This document shows, in pieces, positions 18,507 to 26,485 of a DNA stretch of 33,727 nucleotides. Numbering within the stretch: position 1 is the stretch's first letter; each line of letters opens with the position of its first letter. This DNA comes from Planctomycetota bacterium (GTDB taxonomy: Bacteria > Planctomycetota > GCA-002687715 > DRQF01): positions 1 to 33,727 of the forward strand of contig JALTLO010000179.1 in NCBI GenBank assembly GCA_027001995.1, given 5' to 3'. Position numbers and translations under genes: made by a program. The notes beneath the pieces are model-generated. The model had not been told where the DNA came from. It worked only from the letters and a program-made list of their open reading frames with translations, and ran no database searches.

Positions 18507-20032
18507 GTGGAAAGGTTGCCAAGAATCGGAAGCACGCAAAACACCATCACTCGATCATCATTGTTGACGATGTCTATCTTCGGCTCTACCAAATCGCAAG
18601 AGAAAATGGGGCCGACGTCATTGTCGACTCCCACGCCGTCGATCTCAGGCAGCTCGAAAACTCCCCAAGACGGGGACTCATTGTACTTCTCAGCAACAAC
18701 CCAAAAATTCGAAACTTAGTCCTCGTGTTGCGCGAACCGACTTATCGCACGCAGATTGAATTCTTACCCCAAACCGGCCGCCGGCACGCCATCAAAGCTC
18801 TCAGTCGTTTGGCCCAATCGTCAGGTTCTGAGTTTCCAGTAATCGAAAAGCTCGCTGCCACAACTCTGCGTGGGTCCCCGGCTCAAGCTTGGCATCTTTC
18901 CATCGTTCGAAGTGATGTGGTGGATGAAATTGCTGCAGAGCTTGACAAACAAAAAATCAAGATTCGCAAGATCATCGTCGATGAAGAAATCACCCGTGCA
19001 TCAGCCCTCCACTTCTGCCAATCGGGAAAGGAGAAACCAGACACCGTTTTCGTTTCCGTCTCTGACCAATCTTTCGATCTTATTTTTGTGCTCAAGGGTT
19101 TGGTGGCATTCTCCAGACGTATGGCCATCTCCCAGGGTAGTGAAATCGGCAAACGAGTTGCCAGTGAACTCAGGCGCACCAGTGTCTTCTTTCATCGCAA
19201 GTTCCCGGAAGCCCAGCTGAGCCGCGCTCTTGTCCACATCCAGTCCGAAGAAATCGCCGACTCGGTGGCGGAAGAAATTCGCTTAGCCAACCAAATCGAT
19301 TCCGTCGAGTTGGTGCAAACTAAAGCAATTCGGTGTTTCGATTCGGTTGAGGCGACATCTTCTGATCTTTCCACCCTTCAGGCCTTAGAAGAACTCAGAA
19401 GCAGCGAGATTAAGTCTTTGGAAGGGGTCGACACACCTGCTAGGCGCCAAGCCAGAAGCCGACGTCGTTTCGCCCCCTCCGTAGCTCTCGCTTCCGTCAT
19501 CATTTGTGGCCTCTCATTTTTCTATCTCCTGACCCTGGACGCTGATCTCTCCAGCCAGAAGTTCTTGGCGTCCTCAAGGAAAACGGAGGTCGCCATGGCA
19601 AAGGACGTGGTGGATTCGTGGAATGAGATTAAGCAAAAAGAAGCGCGGGTTATACAAAAAGCGGGACAGATGAATGACATCTTGAAAGACAGTTTCCCTG
19701 TCGCCCACGCTCTCATCGGCATCGCCAGAAATGTGCCCAAAGGTGTCCATGTGGACTCAGTGGAGTTCTTCCAACCTCCCCCGGGCTTAGACGAACCAGA
19801 AGAAATAGCATCTGGATGGAGTGGTCGCATTGTTTTCGTGACCAACCAGAACTATTTCAACTCAAAACCACTCATCGACCAAACCACGAATGCCTTCAGG
19901 TCTGCAAGATTCTTGGAGGGTTTTCAACAGCAAGTCAACGTACTTCCTGATTCTTTGCCTTGGAAGAAACAAGAAAACAAGAAACAAGAATCCTGCCGTT
20001 TCTCTATCAGTTTCAAAGGGAGACAAACATGA
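18503..20032 (+). CDS. Putative GspL / PilM-PilN-like alignment protein
   Basis: Large cytoplasmic domain with FSRRM...VASELRRTSVFF (PilM-like), single TM, coiled coil, IARNVPKGVHVDSV (PilN-like); position in operon. Confidence 0.6.
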   Translation: MSGKVAKNRKHAKHHHSIIIVDDVYLRLYQIARENGADVIVDSHAVDLRQLENSPRRGLIVLLSNNPKIRNLVLVLREPTYRTQIEFLPQTGRRHAIKALSRLAQSSGSEFPVIEKLAATTLRGSPAQAWHLSIVRSDVVDEIAAELDKQKIKIRKIIVDEEITRASALHFCQSGKEKPDTVFVSVSDQSFDLIFVLKGLVAFSRRMAISQGSEIGKRVASELRRTSVFFHRKFPEAQLSRALVHIQSEEIADSVAEEIRLANQIDSVELVQTKAIRCFDSVEATSSDLSTLQALEELRSSEIKSLEGVDTPARRQARSRRRFAPSVALASVIICGLSFFYLLTLDADLSSQKFLASSRKTEVAMAKDVVDSWNEIKQKEARVIQKAGQMNDILKDSFPVAHALIGIARNVPKGVHVDSVEFFQPPPGLDEPEEIASGWSGRIVFVTNQNYFNSKPLIDQTTNAFRSARFLEGFQQQVNVLPDSLPWKKQENKKQESCRFSISFKGRQT

Positions 20033-20628
20033 AGACAGAACCACGATTCGATTTCAAGCGAATGACTTTGGTCTTCATCCCAGCGATATTGATTCTTGCC
20101 GTGTCCGGTGTACTCGCCTCTCCTGAGCTCAATGAGATCGCCGTGCTTCGAGAGGAGGCAATCAGGGACACCAAATTGATCCGCGAAGCAGAACGGGTAA
20201 GACCCCTGCTCAAGAGCTTCAAACAGAAAAAGATCGCGGCCATCGATGCGGTGGATAGTTGGCTCAAGAACTCGATCCCCGTGTCAAGAGACCCGCGCAT
20301 GTTCATGGCCGACATTCGTCTGGCCGAGCTTCGTAGCGGCTGCAAAGTGGATCAATGCCGAGAATACCTGAACATCGCGTCTGACGACTATCAAGACGAA
20401 GACACAAATGAAGATCAACAGAAGGGAACCACCTGGAGCATCACCTTGCAGGGGAGTTTTCATGCCATCACGAAATTCATGATGCTCATTCAGCGGGGCG
20501 AACGCATCTACCTCACGAAAAAGTTCGGCCTCTGGACCTCGCCATCGGGGAAACTCGAGGCCGAAGTCAGATTGCTGGCCCCCGGTTTGCATACAGGAAC
20601 AAGAGACGAAGAAGGATTGAATCAATGA
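20029..20628 (+). CDS. Putative PilO/GspM-like protein
   Basis: N-terminal TM, coiled coil, SITLQGSFHAITKFMMLIQRGERIY (PilO-like); ATGA-coupled. Confidence 0.65.
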   Translation: MKTEPRFDFKRMTLVFIPAILILAVSGVLASPELNEIAVLREEAIRDTKLIREAERVRPLLKSFKQKKIAAIDAVDSWLKNSIPVSRDPRMFMADIRLAELRSGCKVDQCREYLNIASDDYQDEDTNEDQQKGTTWSITLQGSFHAITKFMMLIQRGERIYLTKKFGLWTSPSGKLEAEVRLLAPGLHTGTRDEEGLNQ

Positions 20629-21461
20629 GTAGGAAAATGATTGCCCTCCTAATCATACTCACTGCCCTCTGCGCCTACGTCAATCGAGGCCTCATCTTCG
20701 GTGACGAATCATCGAGCTACAAAGAGGATGAAAAGAGCGAAGATCTGGGAACAAGCGACGGTGACTTGTCAGAAAGTGAGTCCGGCCCAAAGAAGCAAAC
20801 TCAAGAAGCTGACCGGACTTCCGCCAACGACACCGAAGCAGTCGACAGCGAGACCTTAACACCACTCACTCAATCGGAGCCGAGCCAGCGATTGGAGGAT
20901 GAAGACCGGAATGCTGTGATCCTGGCAAGCTTGTCCAGAAGAATCGCAGAACGGGAACGCCTTGACCAATTGGAGAGTGCCCAAGACCCTTTCGGGACGG
21001 TTGTGCCTCAAAACAGGCCCTTGGAGAAGAGCAACTCTCAACAGCCTTCAACCCGCGACACCGAAGATCAGAGTGTGGAAGAGCGTCAAGAAGAAATACG
21101 GCGTGAAGCGGCAAGAAAGGCTCAACGAGAGATGAAAGCGAAGAAACGCGCTGAAATCGCCGCCATTGCCATTCACGCAATCATACGGTCAAAGAAAACA
21201 TCGATGGTGAGGGTTCGCCAAAGAAACCTCCGCGTGGGAGATACCATCCCGGAAACTGCGGCTGTGGTCACGAAAATTGCTTCTCGCCACATCGTTGTTC
21301 GTTTCGATGGCGAAGAGATCGTCATTCCCCTCACCCACGGAAAGCGAGTGCGACGGAAGGTTGAGGAGCCAGAATCCACTGAGGTCCAAGAAGCAAAGGC
21401 CACACCAGCTCCCACTCTCTTGGTCCCCCAAGCCGGAACACAAGGAACAACAACCAAATGA
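20625..21461 (+). CDS. Putative PilP/GspC-like protein
   Basis: N-terminal TM, acidic low-complexity linker, DPF motif, beta domain LRVGDTI...VVTKI...IVVRFDGEEIVIPL; immediately before the secretin. Confidence 0.55.
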   Translation: MSRKMIALLIILTALCAYVNRGLIFGDESSSYKEDEKSEDLGTSDGDLSESESGPKKQTQEADRTSANDTEAVDSETLTPLTQSEPSQRLEDEDRNAVILASLSRRIAERERLDQLESAQDPFGTVVPQNRPLEKSNSQQPSTRDTEDQSVEERQEEIRREAARKAQREMKAKKRAEIAAIAIHAIIRSKKTSMVRVRQRNLRVGDTIPETAAVVTKIASRHIVVRFDGEEIVIPLTHGKRVRRKVEEPESTEVQEAKATPAPTLLVPQAGTQGTTTK

Positions 21462-23059
21462 AACGAACACAGCCAATAATCACATGCTTAGCCATTGTCC
21501 TTTTGGTCTCCTGCGCTGGCACCCCCATTCAAGAGGAAAGGCGCATCGCACAGGAAGAATTCATGTTGGACAAGGCATCTAAGAAAGGTTGGATCGATTT
21601 TCGCCAAGTAAAGAACAAGAAAATCCGACAGCAGATGATCCGCCGGGCCATGGTGCTTTCGCGGTCAACAATGGCCCCTTACTATGATGGCCTGATCGCC
21701 CGCAGTGAACGACTCGCTGAACAAGCAGCAGCCACCAAAGCTGAAAAACCCCGGTCCCAAACGATCCAAGATGAAGACCCTAAAGACACGGGACCCGAGT
21801 TCAACTTTGAATTCCGGGATGCCCCCATTGAGGAGATCTGCTATCTGGTAGGCGAAGAAATCGGCATCAATATTCTTATCAGTATCGACATGCCCGAAAC
21901 TGTGACTGTGAGCTTCCCAAGTATCAACGCCAAGAAAGGGCTCCAATCCATTCTTAAGAGATTTGATTACGAGCTCATCGAAGCCGACGGCATTTACACA
22001 GTCGAGCGTCGCCAAGACGCCCCCATGACCACACGTACTTTTGCTCTCAGGACTGGCATTAAGATTGACATTGCCACCCAGCTCAAACCTTTGGCGGGAG
22101 CCGGAGGGCAAATCACCATGCTGCCTGAGAACCGCGCGATTGTGGTCACCGCTACCAAAGAGGGTATGGAGCAAGTCGCCAACTATCTCAAGACGCTTGA
22201 TCGGCGGCCGCGGCAGGTGGTCATTGAAGCCCTCGTTGTTGAGGTCTCCCGCACCAACTCCCACCGCCATGGAGTTGATTTCTCCGCTGGCGACTTGGAG
22301 ATGTTTTCATCGGTGGGTTCCGTTGATTCCAATTTCTTACCTGCCGCCACGGGAGCCGGTAGCAATCCCTTCACTTTGGGAATCATCAATGCCAAGAACG
22401 CCATCGAGTTCATGCTTTCCGCCGACGATGGGATCGACCGACTCAATATCCTGCATAGTCCCTTCATCTCAACGCTGACCGGTAGGCAAGCCACTTTGCG
22501 GGTCATCGAGACGATTCCCTACATTCAAGCAACAACTTCAATCGGCGCCGACGGCGGCGCATCAACAGGGACTGTCACAAGTTCCCAGCAAATCGAGTTC
22601 GAAGAAACGGGTGTCACTTTGGAAGTGACTCCCAATATCGGCGACGACGACATCATTGAAATCTGGGTGAAGCCGAAAATCGAAGAATTGATCGGTTTCA
22701 TGGTGGGTGTCCCTGTGGTCGACACTCGCAGTGCCGAGACCAATTTGATGGTGAGAAATGGCGAAACTGTGGTTTTGGGCGGACTCCTCAGAAACACCTT
22801 CCGCCGCACCGAGTCTGGTGTGCCCATTCTCAAGGACATCCCTCTGATCGGTGAACTATTCAAGCGGGTTGAATTGGAGGATGAGAAGATCGAACTCATG
22901 ATCTTCTTGACCCCTCACATCATCGGCTACGGCTTTGAGAGCGACCCAGGCAACAATGCTCAAGAGATCTTTTTGAACAAGCCAGCGGGATTTGGCGGTG
23001 TCCGCCAGGTCATCGACCGCGAGGACGTGGAATCCATGCGTTTGGACGAGGACAAATAG
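21458..23059 (+). CDS. Secretin (GspD/PilQ family) with lipoprotein-like signal
   Basis: FEFRDAPI (N0); LDRRPRQVVIEALVVEV; TGVTLEVTP; VRNGETVVLGGL; GVPILKDIPLIGELFK; ELMIFLTPHII; N-terminal LLVSC. Confidence 0.93.
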   Translation: MKRTQPIITCLAIVLLVSCAGTPIQEERRIAQEEFMLDKASKKGWIDFRQVKNKKIRQQMIRRAMVLSRSTMAPYYDGLIARSERLAEQAAATKAEKPRSQTIQDEDPKDTGPEFNFEFRDAPIEEICYLVGEEIGINILISIDMPETVTVSFPSINAKKGLQSILKRFDYELIEADGIYTVERRQDAPMTTRTFALRTGIKIDIATQLKPLAGAGGQITMLPENRAIVVTATKEGMEQVANYLKTLDRRPRQVVIEALVVEVSRTNSHRHGVDFSAGDLEMFSSVGSVDSNFLPAATGAGSNPFTLGIINAKNAIEFMLSADDGIDRLNILHSPFISTLTGRQATLRVIETIPYIQATTSIGADGGASTGTVTSSQQIEFEETGVTLEVTPNIGDDDIIEIWVKPKIEELIGFMVGVPVVDTRSAETNLMVRNGETVVLGGLLRNTFRRTESGVPILKDIPLIGELFKRVELEDEKIELMIFLTPHIIGYGFESDPGNNAQEIFLNKPAGFGGVRQVIDREDVESMRLDEDK

Positions 23060-23087
23060 CCCAGGATCTCTCTTCTTCTCAGGAAGC

Positions 23088-23130
23088 AAAAAGAAAACCC
23101 CGCATTCATTGGAATGCGGGGCTTTTTCTT
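23088..23130. terminator. Bidirectional intrinsic terminator between the secretin gene and tRNA-Asp
   Basis: Stem CCCCGCATTC/GAATGCGGGG with an A-rich tract on the left and TTTTTCTT on the right; lies between convergent genes. Confidence 0.85.
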
Positions 23131-23137
23131 ACAGTAG

Positions 23138-23211
23138 CGACCCAGAAGGGACTCGAACCCTCAACCCCCAGATCGACAGTCTGGTGCGCTAACCAATTGC
23201 GCCACTGGGCC
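23138..23211 (-). tRNA. tRNA-Asp (GUC); CCA not encoded
   Basis: GGCCCAG TG GCGC AATTGGTTA GCGC A CCAGA CT GTC GA TCTGG GGGTT GAGGG TTCGAGT CCCTT CTGGGTC G: complete cloverleaf with discriminator G, followed by CTA. Confidence 0.95.
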
Positions 23212-23223
23212 TATTGTGCTGGG

Positions 23224-23251
23224 ATTCTATGGTGGACTGGGACAGGTTCAA
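23224..23251 (-). promoter_or_regulatory. Sigma-70-type promoter for tRNA-Asp
   Basis: Minus strand TTGAAC-16 nt-TAGAAT, 12 nt upstream of the mature tRNA 5' end. Confidence 0.6.
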
Positions 23252-23342
23252 GGGAAAAAGTAGATCAAACTGCTTAGCCCCAGCAGAAAACCCTCTCAAA
23301 CCCAGTTTTGGGGCCATTCCCACCGGCAGAAAGTCCAGGTAG

Positions 23343-23374
23343 AAAAAAAGCCACCTTCCGAGAAGGCGGCTTTT
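23343..23374 (-). terminator. Intrinsic terminator of the pckA transcript
   Basis: Minus strand GCCGCCUUC-UCG-GAAGGUGGC followed by U7. The single mismatch is a G-U pair only on the minus strand. Confidence 0.85.
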
Positions 23375-23399
23375 GTGCTGGCGGAAAAATCCGACCCTA

Positions 23400-23630
23400 G
23401 CCCGACTAATTCATGAGATCGTGGTCGTCGTGTGAGAAAATGCTCCGCAAAGAAAGCTCAGCACAACGGTTCTTAGACTTCTCTTCGAAACACAACACAG
23501 CCAGGGGTGGCAGAGTGTTCGTAATCAAAGAAGTCGCCCTGCTACGACCACGTGGTCGTGAGGGGCGACTGATGCAGAGTACGGGCGCTATGCCGCCCCT
23601 GGCGGCCGCGAGGTCGTGAATTATTCGGGT
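23400..23630. mobile_element. MITE-like palindromic element, copy 1
   Basis: Imperfect terminal inverted repeats GCCCGACTAATTCATGA...TCGTGAATTATTCGGGT; preceded by TA; nested internal inverted repeats; no transposase. Confidence 0.7.
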
Positions 23631-23632
23631 CA

Positions 23633-23864
23633 ACCCGACTAATTCATGAGATCGTGGTCGTTGTGTGAGAAAATGCCCCGCAAAGAAAGCTCAGCACAAC
23701 GGTTCTTAAGTCTTCTTTTTCAAGCACAACACAGCCAGGGGTGGCAGAGTGTTCGTAATCAAAGAAGTCGCCCTGCTACGACCACGTGGTCGTGAGGGGC
23801 GACTGATGCAGAGTACGGGCGCTATGCCACCCCTGGCGGCCGCGAGATCGTGAATTATTCGGGT
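23633..23864. mobile_element. MITE-like palindromic element, copy 2 (direct tandem with copy 1)
   Basis: About 95% identical to copy 1 by eye (about 10 differences including a 1 nt indel); separated from copy 1 by CA and followed by TA. Confidence 0.7.
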
Positions 23865-23870
23865 TAGCTC

Positions 23871-25523
23871 TTAGAGAACGGCCTTGATGCCCAATTTCCC
23901 AAAGTTCTTGTCGGCGTAGTTTTTGCGGAACATGTCACGGAGCTTGACGGCTGCCGCGTCATAGGCATCCCCGTCATCCCAGGTATTCTTGGGATTCAGG
24001 ATCTCTGAGGGGACGTCTGGGCATGACGTTGGCATGCTCAGGTTAAGCACCGGGTGCTTTTCGGTTTCCACAGTGTCCAGATCCCCACGCAAGGCCGCGT
24101 TGAGCAGCGCACGGGTATGTTTGATGGAAATACGAGATCCGGTGCCATAAGCCCCGCCACTCCAGCCGGTATTGAGAAGAATACAACGGGCATCGGCATC
24201 TTTCATCTTGGCAGCCAAGAGCTCAGCATAGACCGATGGGTGCCGCGCCATGAAAGGGGCGCCAAAACAGGCACTGAAGGCCGCTTGAGGCTCGGTGACA
24301 CCCACTTCTGTTCCGGCGAGCTTGGAGGTGAACCCGGAGACGAAGTGGTACATCACTTCATCAGGGGTCAAGATCGAAACGGGAGGCAAAACTCCGAAGG
24401 CATCGGCAGTCAACAGGACAATGGTCTTTGGCACTGGCCCACGAGAGCCTGCAGCAACCATAGGATTGCATTCCAGCCCATAAGCGAAACGGGTGTTTTC
24501 GGTGAGGCTGTTATCGGTGAGATCCAGCTCCTGAGGATCCGTCTCGTTCAGGGGCTTTCCAGGAAGAGGTGGCACATTCTCAATCAAAGTGCAGGACATA
24601 GACATGGCCTTAGCAATGACTGGCTCTGCCTCTTTGTCGAGATCAATCAGCTTAGCGTAGCAACCATCTTCGAAGTTGGAGATCGCGTTGTCAGTCCAAC
24701 CGATTTCGTCGTCACCGATCAAATTCCGCTCAGGATCCGCTGAGAGCGTGGTCTTGCCCGTGCCGGACAAGCCGAAGAGGATAGCGCTATCCCCATCGAC
24801 ACCGACATTGGCGGAGCAGTGCATAGGCAAGAAGCCCATATCCGGAAGCATATAGTTCAAAACGGTGAAGAGAGTTTTCTTGTTGGAGCCACAGTAATCG
24901 TTAGGGCCGCAGATCAAGGCAACACGGCGCTTCATGTCAATGATCAGAGCGTTGTCGCTGTTACTGCCATCACGCTCGGGATCGCATTTAAAGCTGGGGG
25001 CGTTCAAAAGTGTCCAACGTCGCCCGTCTTCGTCTTGAATCCCTTTTACGTCTTTCGGGAACATCGTGTGGACGAACAAGGCGTGGGTGGCGTATTCGCC
25101 AACGAAACGAAATGGCAGGGCATACTCAGGGTCGCTGCCAGCGTAGACGTCTTTAACAAATAGCTTGGCACCCTTGGCATTCAGATGTTCTACAACCCGA
25201 CCCAAGAGAGCTTCGTAGGCTGCTGGATCGTACTTCTGGAAATCCTTCTTCCACCAAATTGTTTCTTCGAACTCAGGATAAGCCGCTGCAAAAGTATCTT
25301 TGGTGCGGCGACCGGTGGATCCTGGGTCTGTGTAGTAGATCAGCGGACCTTCGTCGCCGAGCTTTGTGGCATAGCACTTTTGGTCATCCCAGCCGCCATC
25401 GACCTTGGTCCGGCCGCGATCATTCTCGATCGCCGCGTGAAACAAAGCCTTCTTGTCCAAATTGTATTCGTAGGAGCAGTTCTTCAGTCCGAAGAGCTCT
25501 TCAAGTTGATTGGCAAAATCCAT
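23871..25523 (-). CDS. pckA: Phosphoenolpyruvate carboxykinase (ATP)
   Basis: TGR, Y...KK, PMHCSAN, FGLSGTGKTTLSADP, LIGDDE, NFEDGCYAK, TENTR, DAFGVLPPVS, FSACFGAPF, LNTGWSGG. Confidence 0.95.
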   Translation of the reverse strand: MDFANQLEELFGLKNCSYEYNLDKKALFHAAIENDRGRTKVDGGWDDQKCYATKLGDEGPLIYYTDPGSTGRRTKDTFAAAYPEFEETIWWKKDFQKYDPAAYEALLGRVVEHLNAKGAKLFVKDVYAGSDPEYALPFRFVGEYATHALFVHTMFPKDVKGIQDEDGRRWTLLNAPSFKCDPERDGSNSDNALIIDMKRRVALICGPNDYCGSNKKTLFTVLNYMLPDMGFLPMHCSANVGVDGDSAILFGLSGTGKTTLSADPERNLIGDDEIGWTDNAISNFEDGCYAKLIDLDKEAEPVIAKAMSMSCTLIENVPPLPGKPLNETDPQELDLTDNSLTENTRFAYGLECNPMVAAGSRGPVPKTIVLLTADAFGVLPPVSILTPDEVMYHFVSGFTSKLAGTEVGVTEPQAAFSACFGAPFMARHPSVYAELLAAKMKDADARCILLNTGWSGGAYGTGSRISIKHTRALLNAALRGDLDTVETEKHPVLNLSMPTSCPDVPSEILNPKNTWDDGDAYDAAAVKLRDMFRKNYADKNFGKLGIKAVL

Positions 25524-25849
25524 GAGAATTCTCGCTCTATTTTGTGAATTCGAATTGCGCTGGGGCGAAATCTCGTCATTCCTGCTGGCAAGCATGGGCC
25601 ACGGAGAGCAAGAAACGAGACGATTCGTCGAAGCCGATGAATTCTACTGAGATACATGGCAGATTCAACGGACGCACCATCCTTTGACTTCGGGAACAAA
25701 TCCCTAAACCCGTTGCAGCAAAACCCTTACAAAAACGACACGAACTTCCATCCTCTGGTAGAATCATCGCTCAATATGAACAATTGTCCGTGGATATGAA
25801 AACGAAGCACTTTCTTGGTGAAAATGGGCCAATTCGAAGAGGAACGACC

Positions 25850-26485
25850 ATGAGTCGAGACAACAAAGCAACAGAAGAAACCCAGGGCGTCACCCGCCGG
25901 GGCTTTCTCAAAGGAGCCAGCTTCGCAGCAGCCGCTGTGGGTACTGGTTCACTCCTTCCCCCACCCCAGACTGCAAGCTCTCAAAATGAAGAAGAAGTTC
26001 TGATCTTGGGAACAGAGGAAACCAAGATCGCATTGACCATCAATGGCGAGAACATCTCCACCGAGGCCAGTCCGTCGACGACACTCTTGGACCTCATCCG
26101 TGGCCCCCTTGACTTGACCGGCTCCAAACGAGTCTGCGATCGAGGAAGTTGTGGAGCTTGCACGGTTTTAGTGGATGGCAAACCAATCTGTTCTTGCAGC
26201 TACTTAGCCCTCGATGCCCAAGGTAAAAACATTCAAACCGTCGAAGGGTTAATGGTGGGCGACAAGCTCAGCCCACTTCAAAATTCATTCGTCTCATGTG
26301 ATGCCCTCCAATGTGGATTTTGCACTCCTGGCATGTTGATGTCATGCACAGCCCTCTTGGAGAAAAATCCAAATCCCAACCGAGAAGAAATCGCCAAGGG
26401 AATCAGTGGCAACCTCTGTCGCTGTGGGACTTACCAGAACATCTTCGAAGCTGTTCACAAGGCGGCCACAGGAGGTGGAAAATGA
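25850..26485 (+). CDS. 2Fe-2S subunit of a xanthine dehydrogenase/PaoABC-family molybdoenzyme with Tat signal (PaoA/YagT-like)
   Basis: TRRGFLK twin-arginine motif; CDRGSCGACTV...C; QCGFCTPG; GNLCRCG; GAGG SD before ATG 25850. Confidence 0.92.
   Translation: MSRDNKATEETQGVTRRGFLKGASFAAAAVGTGSLLPPPQTASSQNEEEVLILGTEETKIALTINGENISTEASPSTTLLDLIRGPLDLTGSKRVCDRGSCGACTVLVDGKPICSCSYLALDAQGKNIQTVEGLMVGDKLSPLQNSFVSCDALQCGFCTPGMLMSCTALLEKNPNPNREEIAKGISGNLCRCGTYQNIFEAVHKAATGGGK

Noticed and set aside
23138..23211. tRNA-Sec, or an integration site of a genomic island
   Set aside because: The GUC anticodon and short variable loop identify tRNA-Asp. I saw no integrase and no duplicated tRNA 3' end in the window. 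A non-encoded CCA is common.
23400..23864. CRISPR array, or small ORFs 23413..23619 and 23406..23633
   Set aside because: Only two long units with no spacers and no cas genes. The 1 nt indel in copy 2 breaks the reading frames, which argues against coding.
24054..24743. 229 aa antisense ORF (likewise 13776..14384 and 21665..22270)
   Set aside because: Each lies opposite a conserved gene and is a typical shadow frame.
26311..26481. Longer N-termini given by the ORF track (also 484, 13821, 14393, 17742, 19960, 25595, 25784)
   Set aside because: They overlap upstream genes or precede clear signal/leader motifs. Downstream ATGs with SD or ATGA coupling fit better.
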